DNA of 63,680 bases, filler included, from Lama guanicoe (GCA_013239625.1; 171 parts of 171 records of this genome joined end to end with filler, not necessarily neighbours in it), one strand, 5' to 3'. Positions 50,972 through 63,306 are shown, counted from the first letter of the whole stretch. The notes: a model not told the origin generated them from the sequence alone. Made by a program: numbers and translations.

Positions 50972-52032
50972 NNNNNNNNNNNNNNNNNNNNNNNNNNNNN
51001 NNNNNNNNNNNNNNNTTAATTAATTAANNNNNNNNNNNNNNNNNNNNNNNNNNNNNNNNNNNNNNNNNNNNTTTTATCTTGTACCCAGCAGCTCAGCAGC
51101 ATCCTGGTACCCACTGACCTCGTCTGGCATTCTGCAGACTTTCCAGAAATAAGGTTTTATTGTACTGCACTGCGCTATAAAACCTGGTTGTCCCCTTCCA
51201 CGGGGACAACAACTTGGAGGAATCCTAAGCAGATAAACTATGAGACTGGGGGCGAACTGACATGTCGTCCCAAAGAAGAGCTGGATTATTCTTGAGAGTC
51301 AACAGTCCTCCCATCTCGATGCCATTTTTATTCAACAAGAGGGAANNNNNNNNNNNNNNNNNNNNNNNNNNNNNNNNNNNNNNNNNNNNTTAATTAATTA
51401 ANNNNNNNNNNNNNNNNNNNNNNNNNNNNNNNNNNNNNNNNNNNNATTAGAGAGAGAAAACCTACACCTGCCTGCAAGGAATTGTCAGAAGACCGGAAAA
51501 TTCAAACGGAATAAGATCCAACAGATAACTAAGAGGAATAGATGACTATCAGTCACAGCAGCCTTATCTGAGAAGACGAAGGTGATGAAGTTGCCAATTT
51601 TCACATAATCACTGAGAACTAGAGACATTCCACCAGCCTATATGCTGCCAAATGCTGAACAGACCTCCTACCATTCGAGGATGAGGAAACAGAAAACAAG
51701 GCTGCACTAGGTCTTTGAANNNNNNNNNNNNNNNNNNNNNNNNNNNNNNNNNNNNNNNNNNNNTTAATTAATTAANNNNNNNNNNNNNNNNNNNNNNNNN
51801 NNNNNNNNNNNNNNNNNNNATCTTTGAGCCTGACGCCTCTTTAATGGTGAAATTTGTCACCACTTTTCAGGTCTCTGTTTTGCTTGGATATTCTACCTCT
51901 CCTTAGGATTTTATTATATTATATAAGAATATCGTATCTTAGAAAACATCTTTTTTTAATTTCATGACTCAATTTCTAAAATCATTGGAATGAAGTTACG
52001 CAGTCTTCTAAGATTTAAAATCTTTATATTTA

Positions 52033-52092
52033 GGGGAGAGTGAGTATAGCTCAGTGGTAGAGCACATGCTTAGCATGCACCAGGTCCTGGGT
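52033..52092 (+). mobile_element. Vic-1-type SINE 5' end
   Basis: GTATAGCTCAGTGGTAGAGCACATGCTTAGCATGCACCAGGTCCTGGGT. Confidence 0.85.
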
Positions 52093-52249
52093 NNNNNNNN
52101 NNNNNNNNNNNNNNNNNNNNNNNNNNNNNNNNNNNNTTAATTAATTAANNNNNNNNNNNNNNNNNNNNNNNNNNNNNNNNNNNNNNNNNNNNCATCCGCC
52201 TGCCTTCAGAGTTCATGCTCTGAGCAGTTGTGATTGCTTACGCTCGGCT

Positions 52250-52465
52250 CGTGCTTACTGTGTAGCAGGTTTCATGCTAATTATCCTGCTCCTGTGATCC
52301 CATTTATCCTCACGACAATCCTACAAAGCAGCCACAATGACCACAACCATTTTATAGATGAAGACATTGAGATTCAGAGAGGTCAAACACATTCTCCAAG
52401 GTTGCTCAGCTGGCTCAGATTCAAATCCACATGCCTGAACTTTGACTCTCTGCACTCTTTCCAGA
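52250..52465. mobile_element. MIR SINE
   Basis: CATTTATCCTCACGACAATCCT...CCATTTTATAGATGAAGACATTGAGATTCAGAGAGGTCAA...CCAAGGT...ATTCAAATCCA. Confidence 0.7.
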
Positions 52466-54434
52466 NNNNNNNNNNNNNNNNNNNNNNNNNNNNNNNNNNN
52501 NNNNNNNNNTTAATTAATTAANNNNNNNNNNNNNNNNNNNNNNNNNNNNNNNNNNNNNNNNNNNNTCAGATTGTTCTGGAGTTTTTCGCCAACCAGAGTC
52601 CGTCATTTGGGGAATTCATTTAAATAGATCGAAGGAAAATATTAAGAGCCTAAAAAATGCATTTAACTCTGCTGCATTTTCCTGTGCTAGGGTGAATTTC
52701 ATTTCCCCTGGGAAGTGTTACCCTCTGAAGTTGCGGATGACTCAGGCTTTTCCTTTGGGAATTATTAACACATACCATTCATAACAAGCAGTCAGCTCCC
52801 AGTGGCAGTCTCTGACTTTCCTCACATTTAAATGGAGTTNNNNNNNNNNNNNNNNNNNNNNNNNNNNNNNNNNNNNNNNNNNNTTAATTAATTAANNNNN
52901 NNNNNNNNNNNNNNNNNNNNNNNNNNNNNNNNNNNNNNNAGATAAGTGCTTTTCAGTTTCTTTTAAAGCCATGGTTCCTTTGAGAAACTAAAAATGCAAA
53001 TCTCTCCTCTCAACACAACCCTTTAGATTTTGACAAGTCCTCCAAGGAGTGACATGGCTCTTTGTGGAAAATTGATGTGCTTGTGATTCCAGGTGGCAAA
53101 GAAAAGACTCTTCAGAGATTTATTGCAGGGAGTGGGCAGGATAGGGGCAGTATGTCACACTTTCTATTGTGAGCACTGGATCAGGGGCTTGGATTTAAAT
53201 ACGGTGTCTGACNNNNNNNNNNNNNNNNNNNNNNNNNNNNNNNNNNNNNNNNNNNNTTAATTAATTAANNNNNNNNNNNNNNNNNNNNNNNNNNNNNNNN
53301 NNNNNNNNNNNNAGAAGTGTAGCTTTGTAATTCTGTGACTAATCCTGTCACTTCATGGTGCAAACTGGGTGTATCTCCAGAAAGTGCTGAAACCTTCTCC
53401 ATCTGGACTTTGAATACATTACAGGCTTGTGTTTAAAGTGCTCCAGGATCTTTCTAGGGAAAGGGCAACCAATATTTGTTGGCACCTACTATTAGCTCTA
53501 TTAATATTGACCATTCACTGTTTTATTTAATGTTCACAACTACCTGTCACAGTCTTGTCTCTCAGCAAAGTAGCAGCACTGAGAGGNNNNNNNNNNNNNN
53601 NNNNNNNNNNNNNNNNNNNNNNNNNNNNNNTTAATTAATTAANNNNNNNNNNNNNNNNNNNNNNNNNNNNNNNNNNNNNNNNNNNNATTATCTGAGTAAA
53701 ATGATTATCTGAACAAAACTTTATCCTGGTTGACTCGACACGGGACCGAGAATTCCGCAAGTTCATTCTTATGCCCTTAGGTGAGGCCACTGCACGTGTG
53801 GGCAGCACCTGTGAAAATGCACGTGCGGCCCTTTGGAAAGGTCTCCCGGAAGGAGGCAGCGGAGCACAGACGGCGGGAATCGTGTGCTTGAGGTCAGGGT
53901 CAGCTCCGACGCTGGCTCTTACGGTTACTATGCGTGCGACCCGAGTTAAATGCCTAACCGNNNNNNNNNNNNNNNNNNNNNNNNNNNNNNNNNNNNNNNN
54001 NNNNTTAATTAATTAANNNNNNNNNNNNNNNNNNNNNNNNNNNNNNNNNNNNNNNNNNNNGAAAGGAAGAAAGTAAGATGTACAAGTTTAATAAAAAGGG
54101 CCTTCTCTTCTAAAATTAAAAATAAGTAAAATAAAACTTCATTATTTTTAATCATTGAATAATATTCCAATGAAGCATAGACCGCATTTTGTTTATCTGT
54201 TCATCTGAAGATGGACAGCAGGTTGTTTCCACCTTTTGTGAACAATGCCTCTATGAACATCGGTATACAAATATCTGAGTCCCTGCTGTAAATTCTTTTA
54301 GATATATGCCTTGGAGTAGAATTGCTGGGTCATANNNNNNNNNNNNNNNNNNNNNNNNNNNNNNNNNNNNNNNNNNNNTTAATTAATTAANNNNNNNNNN
54401 NNNNNNNNNNNNNNNNNNNNNNNNNNNNNNNNNN

Positions 54435-54617
54435 TCATCTTAATAATTCTTGTGATTACATGGGATCCACCCAGATAATTTAGAATAATCTCTGTCTCAA
54501 AATGCTTAACTTAATCACACCTATAATGTCCCTTTTTGCTATGTAAGATAGCATATCTACAGGTTCTAGAGTTTAGTTCGTGGACTTCTTTGTGAGGTTG
54601 TTATACTTCCTACCACA
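54435..54617. mobile_element. MLT1 LTR end
   Basis: CTTGTGATTACATGGGATCCACCCAGATAAT...TTAACTTAATCACA...CCTACCACA. Confidence 0.75.
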
Positions 54618-55966
54618 ATAGAGAAAAATTAAAGAAGAAACTAATGAAGTTCTTTATATCAGACATTATGGGGAACAATTGAAGAAGGTGTAAATCTTCA
54701 TGGATTAGNNNNNNNNNNNNNNNNNNNNNNNNNNNNNNNNNNNNNNNNNNNNTTAATTAATTAANNNNNNNNNNNNNNNNNNNNNNNNNNNNNNNNNNNN
54801 NNNNNNNNGAAGAAAGTCATGATTCAGAGGGGAGGGGAGAAGCAGGAGCGCAAAGAAAACATAGAGGAGAAGCTGGGGAGACTGAGAGGAGCAGTAGGGG
54901 TCGGGGCTGGTCACCTGGGTCCCCCTTCCACCTCCTCTGCTCCTGGGGAAGGCGGGGTCTGCAGAGGTCAGGGCTCAGACTTTGTACCCTGAGAGGAAGC
55001 ACCTGCTCCCATGTCCAGCTCCAGCAGGTGAGCCCGGGTGCAGGACTCCAGCAGTGGGAGCTTTAGTGGGGTTCAAGCTTGANNNNNNNNNNNNNNNNNN
55101 NNNNNNNNNNNNNNNNNNNNNNNNNNTTAATTAATTAANNNNNNNNNNNNNNNNNNNNNNNNNNNNNNNNNNNNNNNNNNNNTGCTTTTCACTGGGTATT
55201 GATTCATTCGTTTATTTAGCCTAAGTTTCATTCCTTCTCCACGAAAAGAAAGATTGTCAACATACCTCTGCACTATAAATGTTAGGAGAATTTTTAAAAA
55301 ATAAAACACAGAAAGATTTTTTTTTACATGCTAAGCACCAAATAAATGTACGTTACAGCCATCCCTCCCGCTAATTCTGCTATTAATAACACGATTATTC
55401 ATTTTCTGAGTAGACCTCGATTTTCTGAGAATCCAGGAAACCTATGTTAGGCTCCANNNNNNNNNNNNNNNNNNNNNNNNNNNNNNNNNNNNNNNNNNNN
55501 TTAATTAATTAANNNNNNNNNNNNNNNNNNNNNNNNNNNNNNNNNNNNNNNNNNNNGATGTTTCTGTAACACTTTATCTGCTCCTCTATTGTGGTTTTTA
55601 TTACTTTGTGCCCTATATTATAGTAATGTCCACATTGCATTTGATCTGCTAGGTGGTAAGCCACTTGAGGTCAGTGTACATATCTCATCTTTGATATTGC
55701 CCCCAGTTGCTAGCATGGTGCCTTGCGTTTAGCTGATTTGCAACAAATACTCACTAAATGCATGAATAAAATGGTATTTGCTACTAATATTTAAATCACA
55801 TTAAATACTGTATACGATTTCATTGAGTCTNNNNNNNNNNNNNNNNNNNNNNNNNNNNNNNNNNNNNNNNNNNNTTAATTAATTAANNNNNNNNNNNNNN
55901 NNNNNNNNNNNNNNNNNNNNNNNNNNNNNNGGATGGGGGCAGCTGGGAGGTGGAAGCGATACCCAC

Positions 55967-56102
55967 CGCCCGTATTGGTCCTCTTGGTGCTGCCGGCTTC
56001 AGGGGGGGCTTCCAGCGGCCTTTTCCGCGAGTCCGGCGGGTCCAGGTCTATGGGAACCCCAGTGTGGGTCCCGTTCTGCTGGATGGGAGCTGCCGCCATC
56101 AT
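55967..56102 (-). CDS. NOVA1: NOVA1 (neuronal KH-domain splicing regulator), coding part of exon 1 (136 nt), with A-rich 5' UTR at 56103..56204
   Basis: MMAAAPIQQNGTHTGVPIDLDPPDSRKRPLEAPPEAGSTKRTNTG matches the mammalian NOVA1 N-terminus as I recall it. It is followed by one nt and a phase-1 donor G|GTGGGT (GT at 55966-55965), and the context is AAACATGATGG. Confidence 0.95.
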
Positions 56103-57800
56103 GTTTGCAGTTCCTGCCGCTTCTAGGGGGAGAAGGTTCTCCCTTTTGTTTTGGCTTTTTCTTGTCTTTTTTTTCTTTTTTTCTTTTTTTTTTTTTTTTT
56201 TTTGNNNNNNNNNNNNNNNNNNNNNNNNNNNNNNNNNNNNNNNNNNNNTTAATTAATTAANNNNNNNNNNNNNNNNNNNNNNNNNNNNNNNNNNNNNNNN
56301 NNNNCAGGTCCCTTCTACACAGAGGGAGGCGTCTACGTGACCACACGCCATCTCCCCCAGCAAGAGCTTTTCATCATGTGCATACCTGCCGCCCCCTCGC
56401 TGCTGTGGCTTCCGCGTCTTGTTCGAGAAGGTCTTGACTCAGTCATCCTACCCCCGTGGAACCTTTCCAGGCAGGGCAGTGATTGCAAAAAAACGGCTGA
56501 CCGTGCAGACATCCCACAGTTTTGTTTCTTCCTGCGAGACGGGGGTTCTGTACCCAGGAGAGGAGATCATTCTTGATTNNNNNNNNNNNNNNNNNNNNNN
56601 NNNNNNNNNNNNNNNNNNNNNNTTAATTAATTAANNNNNNNNNNNNNNNNNNNNNNNNNNNNNNNNNNNNNNNNNNNNATGTGCTATCTACGTATATTAT
56701 GAAAGATATAGGAAAATATAACCTAAAAAGAATCAGATTATAATATTTGAATGTCGTGCTTATCGTGGGTTTCCTACTGGCAGAAGCGCATCCTCAAAGC
56801 ACAATGTACGTTTACTTCGACAAATCTTGTAATTAACACTTATATTTCAAAGCATCTTCTTGATAACTTTGAACTTGCGCAGCCAGCTTCTTGCCAGGGC
56901 TCCTTGGATTGTCGCTGCTGTTTCCTCGTGAAGCAGCGGGCAGGGGGCTCACNNNNNNNNNNNNNNNNNNNNNNNNNNNNNNNNNNNNNNNNNNNNTTAA
57001 TTAATTAANNNNNNNNNNNNNNNNNNNNNNNNNNNNNNNNNNNNNNNNNNNNTTTTAAAATATATAGATGGTTTCACCAAGCTAAAAAATCCTCTAAGCT
57101 TCACCTAGGAAACTGATCCTTTCCTCTTGTCCCCTGAACTCCTTGCAACCACTGATCTGTTTATAATATATATAGTTTTGCTTTATTCAGAATGCTATAT
57201 AACTAGAATAGTACAATATGTAGCCTTTTCTGATAGGTTTCTTTAACTTAGTGATATTCATTTAAGATTTATTTGTATATTTTTGTGTCTTGATGGCTCA
57301 TTCTCTTATTCAGTAATATTCCATTGNNNNNNNNNNNNNNNNNNNNNNNNNNNNNNNNNNNNNNNNNNNNTTAATTAATTAANNNNNNNNNNNNNNNNNN
57401 NNNNNNNNNNNNNNNNNNNNNNNNNNTCTAATTGCAGCAACTACTCCTATTAGGAGACCATCCAGATCATTGATCGTCTTTCTCAGTTCTCATAAGAAAC
57501 AGAAACCAAAGAATGAAAAATTTCCACCGTGTATTATGCCAGTTATGCAAATATACTGAATATTCTATGAAACTAACATAGGTTCCAGGGACAGATAATT
57601 TTAGAAGAAAAGATTATTTTGAAATTCACCACTAAAACATTGTTATAAATATTGATAAAAAATTGTCTGCCCTATTAAAACATTTCCAGTGTTTTCCTCA
57701 NNNNNNNNNNNNNNNNNNNNNNNNNNNNNNNNNNNNNNNNNNNNTTAATTAATTAANNNNNNNNNNNNNNNNNNNNNNNNNNNNNNNNNNNNNNNNNNNN

Positions 57801-58074
57801 GTGTGGCAGTCCTCCAATAGTGTTAACAACCAGGAAGCTCACAGGAGCTGTGAGCTTTGTTGCCCCTAGTTTTCACTGGAGGCTTCATAACAAAGACATG
57901 ATTTATTGGGTCACTACCAACATGGCTAACCCAAACCCTAACTATAACTCAAACCTTTCCTTAGCCCTAATCGTTGAGCCCCTTCCTCCCCTTCTGGTCA
58001 CTGACTTGTCACAAAGCTCAAAGCTCCACTCCTCTAATCACATGGTTGGTGTCTCTGGCTGGCCAGTCCCCATC
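57801..58074. mobile_element. MER21-like LTR fragment
   Basis: CAACCAGGAAGCTCAC...TTTCACTGGAGGCTTCAT...CCACTCCTCTAATCACATGGTTGG...CCAGTCCCCATC. Confidence 0.6.
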
Positions 58075-58922
58075 NNNNNNNNNNNNNNNNNNNNNNNNNN
58101 NNNNNNNNNNNNNNNNNNTTAATTAATTAANNNNNNNNNNNNNNNNNNNNNNNNNNNNNNNNNNNNNNNNNNNNACATTTTGCAATATAATCTCATGTCA
58201 TTGAGATAATTTTGACTTATTTTATCTGCATATTGAAAGGGATGGTTGAGATTATAGAACTACTTTGAAGGTTTGCTTTTGTGCTTTGTGCTTGGTGTTG
58301 ACTGTGTTTTGAGAATAACATTTAGACGGCCCATAACCTTAAGCAGTTTTTCAACTTATCATGGAATGTGAAAGGTATAAAAGATAAAACCAAGATACAG
58401 CTTCTAATTGTTGTTTTTTCCACATTTAGTACTTATGAATATTCCTCTNNNNNNNNNNNNNNNNNNNNNNNNNNNNNNNNNNNNNNNNNNNNTTAATTAA
58501 TTAANNNNNNNNNNNNNNNNNNNNNNNNNNNNNNNNNNNNNNNNNNNNCACAGGAGCCACACTGAAGGGGCTCCTACCAGCCAAATGGGGGGAAATTTGT
58601 GTATCATAATCAGTATCGGCTGTCCTGTTATCCCATTAGGCATGTATGTATATGTCAACACTGAATGACTTAAGATGTGTGCATTCCACGGTAAGCAAAT
58701 TATACTTCAGCTCTAAAATTAATGATAATAACAAATTACAATCTATTCAATAAAACTGGCATCCATGAGTCTATATTGACAAATGAATGAAAGAATGATG
58801 AATAAATAAATAAATGCAGAAANNNNNNNNNNNNNNNNNNNNNNNNNNNNNNNNNNNNNNNNNNNNTTAATTAATTAANNNNNNNNNNNNNNNNNNNNNN
58901 NNNNNNNNNNNNNNNNNNNNNN

Positions 58923-59196
58923 CAAGACAAGGATGCTCACTCTCACCACTTCTATTCAATATAGTATTGGATGTCCTACCATCGCAATTAGACAACAAAA
59001 GGAAATAAATGGGATCCAAATTGGAAGAGAGAGGGTAAAACTGTCACTATATGCAGATGACATTATACTGTATATATAAAACCCTAAAGGCTCCACACAT
59101 AAAACTACTAGAGCTGATAAAAGAATTTGGAAGGTAGCAGGATACAGGATTAACATACAGAAATCAGTGGCATTTCTTTACACTAATAATGAAATA
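58923..59196 (+). mobile_element. LINE-1 ORF2 reverse transcriptase core fragment
   Basis: [15 protein letters not shown]...[21 protein letters not shown], with YADD at 59050..59061. Confidence 0.93.
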
Positions 59197-59670
59197 NNNN
59201 NNNNNNNNNNNNNNNNNNNNNNNNNNNNNNNNNNNNNNNNTTAATTAATTAANNNNNNNNNNNNNNNNNNNNNNNNNNNNNNNNNNNNNNNNNNNNTTTT
59301 TCTCTTATTGGCAAAATGAAGATTACAATGTGTGTTCAGTATCTCACCAACTGTCTCATTTGAACACACTGCCAAGGGAGTTTATTAAAACTGTAATAGG
59401 AGGAGGTCTACATCTGTTATTTAGTCCTCACTAATTTCCATTCCATTTTACATTACAAAACAGCAACTTGACTCTCTATTATGGACCCACCAAACTCTGA
59501 GTTTTCACAATTGGGTAAAAATGAGTCTCACCCTCTGGCCACAGGGGTTGGCACAGGACCAGGGCTTGGCNNNNNNNNNNNNNNNNNNNNNNNNNNNNNN
59601 NNNNNNNNNNNNNNTTAATTAATTAANNNNNNNNNNNNNNNNNNNNNNNNNNNNNNNNNNNNNNNNNNNN

Positions 59671-59944
59671 TGAAGCTAGGTGAGACGTACACACACACTC
59701 GTATATGCATCGGTGCATGTATGTGTATTTTTATTGTAGCCTCAGAAGTCACATTACTATGAAAGATATTCGCTCTACCCAACTCCTGCTGGCTTTTTAA
59801 GACAGTCTTGTCTCTCCAGCTGCACTGGCTGCAAGGACCAGGCTTCTTTTCCTCTTTCCTTCCCTTCCTCTGCCATCCATCTCCTGTAGGTTAACCATAT
59901 ATTTAAGCTTTAACGGGAGCGGTGCTGGGACATTCTATCTTACA
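59671..59944 (-). repeat. Divergent reverse-complement copy of 45851..46123
   Basis: Direct end-to-end alignment. Confidence 0.95.
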
Positions 59945-60418
59945 NNNNNNNNNNNNNNNNNNNNNNNNNNNNNNNNNNNNNNNNNNNNTTAATTAATTAA
60001 NNNNNNNNNNNNNNNNNNNNNNNNNNNNNNNNNNNNNNNNNNNNTCTCTGTACATTTCAAAAACCTGATGCTTAGGACTACTCATGCATTCCCCTCACTG
60101 CTGGTTGAAGGTGTAGCAGTTGGACCACTGCTGTCTGGCAGGTGTATTCATCGTCCTCGTACCTTCAGCATTGGCATCCTTATTGCCAGACAACAGTAGT
60201 GAATTATCTAACTTAAACTTCAGCTTCAAAAACTATTTGTCTTCTCATCTGTTTCCTGGAATTTCTCCCAGTATCAATATTCACAGTTTGTTAGGCATCA
60301 GCATTATGATGCTGGTCTNNNNNNNNNNNNNNNNNNNNNNNNNNNNNNNNNNNNNNNNNNNNTTAATTAATTAANNNNNNNNNNNNNNNNNNNNNNNNNN
60401 NNNNNNNNNNNNNNNNNN

Positions 60419-60582
60419 GTATTAGGTATTGTAAGTAATCTAGAGATGATTTAAAGTGTACAGGAGGCTGTTCAGAGATAATATGTAAATACTACACCGT
60501 TTTATATCAGGGACTTGAGATGTTGGTATCCACAGAGGTCCTGGAACCAATCCCCCCTCCCCAGAATACTGAAGGACTATTG
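60419..60582. mobile_element. MER2 (TcMar-Tigger) DNA transposon end
   Basis: GTATTAGGTATTGTAAGTAATCTAGAGATGATTTAAAGT...GGTCCTGGAACCAATCCCCC...ATACTGAAGGAC, followed by TA. Confidence 0.8.
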
Positions 60583-60792
60583 TAGTCCCTTTATGCTAAT
60601 TACATTAACATGAGCTTGTCTGTATGTTTTTTCCTTTAACTGTTCTATTCAATAAGGTTATTTTACATATATGCCTATGAAATGTTAAGGTGNNNNNNNN
60701 NNNNNNNNNNNNNNNNNNNNNNNNNNNNNNNNNNNNTTAATTAATTAANNNNNNNNNNNNNNNNNNNNNNNNNNNNNNNNNNNNNNNNNNNN

Positions 60793-61066
60793 CACTGGGA
60801 AATTTGACCAAACATACTAAGAAAAATTCATACCAGTCCTTCTCAAAGTCTTCCAAAAGATTGATATGGAGAGAGTACTCCCAAACTCTCACCATGAGGC
60901 CAACAACAACCTGATACCAAAACCAAAGACACTACCCCAAAAAGAAAACTATTGGCCAATATCATTGATAAAAATAGAAGTAAAATCCTTGAGAAATTAT
61001 TAAGAAACAGAATCCAGAAGCATGTAAAAAAAAGATCATGAACCATGGACAAGTTACGTTCATCCC
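60793..61066 (+). mobile_element. LINE-1 ORF2 fragment (start of the RT region)
   Basis: CCTTCTCAAAGTCTTCCAAAAGATTGA...CTCCCAAACTC...ATGAGGCCA...CTGATACCAAAACCA. Confidence 0.85.
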
Positions 61067-61229
61067 NNNNNNNNNNNNNNNNNNNNNNNNNNNNNNNNNN
61101 NNNNNNNNNNTTAATTAATTAANNNNNNNNNNNNNNNNNNNNNNNNNNNNNNNNNNNNNNNNNNNNCACAGTGGACACTCAGTAAAATGAACAAAGGAGG
61201 CTGGGCGGGGTTGTAAGACTCTTTCTTAC

Positions 61230-61336
61230 CACAGACGACTTGGCCCCGGAGGTAACTAAACTTGTAACTCAGTAATATGGTGCCACAGCCGATTCTCTTC
61301 AGACGTCTGTAGCAACATTCATGCGCCACGCAGCAC
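61230..61336 (-). CDS. Catalytic-site exon (107 nt) of a group IIA-like secreted phospholipase A2 with His48-Glu49; PLA2G2A-like paralogue or pseudogene
   Basis: Acceptor CTTGTCACAG|G, then CCVAHECCYRRLKRIGCGTILLSYKFSYLRGQVVC, then G|GTAAG. It aligns without gaps to the recalled human PLA2G2A segment CCVTHDCCYKRLEKRGCGTKFLSYKFSNSGSRITC. Confidence 0.88.
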
Positions 61337-62288
61337 CTGTGACAAGACCACGCTATTGAGGCTGTCCCCCTGTAGCTCCAGGGAGCCTGGTGCTCTGTGG
61401 TCTTACCTCTTTGACCCTGGGCAGGGACCCAAGGATGTTGNNNNNNNNNNNNNNNNNNNNNNNNNNNNNNNNNNNNNNNNNNNNTTAATTAATTAANNNN
61501 NNNNNNNNNNNNNNNNNNNNNNNNNNNNNNNNNNNNNNNNTCAATCTTCACTTTTCTTTATTGGCTTCATTTGACACAGTCAATCTCTCTCTTTCTTTGA
61601 AATGCTTCCATCATGTGGATTCCAGTTCAATACATTCTACCATTTTTATAATTGTTTTTGTGGCTGTTTTCTGTATTTTTAGAACTCACTGGCCTTTCAT
61701 TCTGTGACTCTACTGATGGTTTCTACTTTTCTTTATACACTTTAGGATTAGTTTTTACCCAGGAAGTAGTTCTTGGACCAGTTTTCTTTCTCAGCAACTC
61801 ATCTCCTTGCTGACNNNNNNNNNNNNNNNNNNNNNNNNNNNNNNNNNNNNNNNNNNNNTTAATTAATTAANNNNNNNNNNNNNNNNNNNNNNNNNNNNNN
61901 NNNNNNNNNNNNNNGACACATTATTTTTTAAAAGTTTAAATATTTACTGACATTATGTTGATTGGGGTCTAGATAGTGAAAGGCATACTTGATGTGGGAA
62001 AGATGTTGTAATGAATAAACTCCTTGGTAGAGAGTAGAGGAGCCATGCGTCTTGTCTGTACTATTGCATATATTGCCTGAGGTAATCTCTAAGACCCTAT
62101 CTCTTGGTAGTAGAAATGTGTACTCTTCTTCTGAATTAAATGTATAACTAAAGAAGTATTTCTTTCACATATGAATTTGTATTTTTTTNNNNNNNNNNNN
62201 NNNNNNNNNNNNNNNNNNNNNNNNNNNNNNNNTTAATTAATTAANNNNNNNNNNNNNNNNNNNNNNNNNNNNNNNNNNNNNNNNNNNN

Positions 62289-62558
62289 CTGTATTCTATA
62301 TTCTAAATTCTGTGTTCTACATTCCATTGTCTAAATTCTGTGTTCCATATTCTATATTCTATATTCTATATTCTGTGTTCTACATACTATATTCTTCATT
62401 CTATATACTGTATACTTTACTCTATATTCTAAATTCTGTGTTCTACATTCTGTATTTTAAATTGTATATTGAGTATTCTGTATTCTATATTCTAAATTTT
62501 CTCTTCTGCATTCCATGTCCTCAATTCTTGGTTTTGTATTCTGTATTCCATATTCTAT
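62289..62558. repeat. Degenerate 7-bp tandem repeat (TATTCTA/TATTCTG/AATTCTG units)
   Basis: TTCT recurs about every 7 nt over the whole contig; the 100-aa ORF over it is a by-product. Confidence 0.9.
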
Positions 62559-63032
62559 NNNNNNNNNNNNNNNNNNNNNNNNNNNNNNNNNNNNNNNNNN
62601 NNTTAATTAATTAANNNNNNNNNNNNNNNNNNNNNNNNNNNNNNNNNNNNNNNNNNNNAAAGAGTTTAAAATTTTATACACTTAGTAATAGAATATTTAG
62701 ATGATCATTACACTATACTTCTACCAAACTTAAGAATATATATAATATATAATTTTATACATTATATATAATTTTTCTATACTTGGCACTCAGTAGGCTC
62801 TCATGACTATTGGTTGAATGAAATAAGCAAGCCAGTTCATTGTTACTTTAATCTGCATGCCTTTATTACCAGCAAAATTTTATATTTTAGTTTTTTAATG
62901 ACCTTTTCTTTTTCACTCCTTCCAATAAACTGNNNNNNNNNNNNNNNNNNNNNNNNNNNNNNNNNNNNNNNNNNNNTTAATTAATTAANNNNNNNNNNNN
63001 NNNNNNNNNNNNNNNNNNNNNNNNNNNNNNNN

Positions 63033-63306
63033 TTTGAACAATCTGTTTACTAGAAGAAACATAGAATATGCATTTAAAAAACCGTTAAATAGAAGTTCAG
63101 ATTTAAACAGCTCCCATGGAGAACTGTACATAAGTAGAAAGCAGAATTTATACTCTTCAAACCATTCAAACATAGTGAAGATGTGGGAAACACCCAAATT
63201 CATTCTATGAAACTATAATCACCCTGATAGCAAAGCCAACAAAAAAAGTACGGACATAGAGAACTTCAAGGCATTATATTTGATAGATTTAGAAAAGAAA
63301 ATTCTA
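63033..63306 (+). mobile_element. Old LINE-1 ORF2 fragment
   Basis: CCCAAATTCATTCTATGAAACTATAATCACCCTGATAGCAAAGCCAA. Confidence 0.65.

Noticed and set aside
57926..57971. Telomere-like CTAACCC/CCCTAA stretch
   Set aside because: Only a few degenerate units inside an LTR fragment; not an interstitial telomeric array.
62312..62614. 100-aa hydrophobic ORF (FYILYS repeats) as a membrane protein
   Set aside because: It is the translation of a 7-bp tandem repeat, and it runs into the linker.
13..63203. Most ORFs in the supplied six-frame track, including those ending in X runs and LIN/N
   Set aside because: They run into N linkers, often start at non-ATG codons, and lie in repeats or GC-rich DNA with no protein-like signal.
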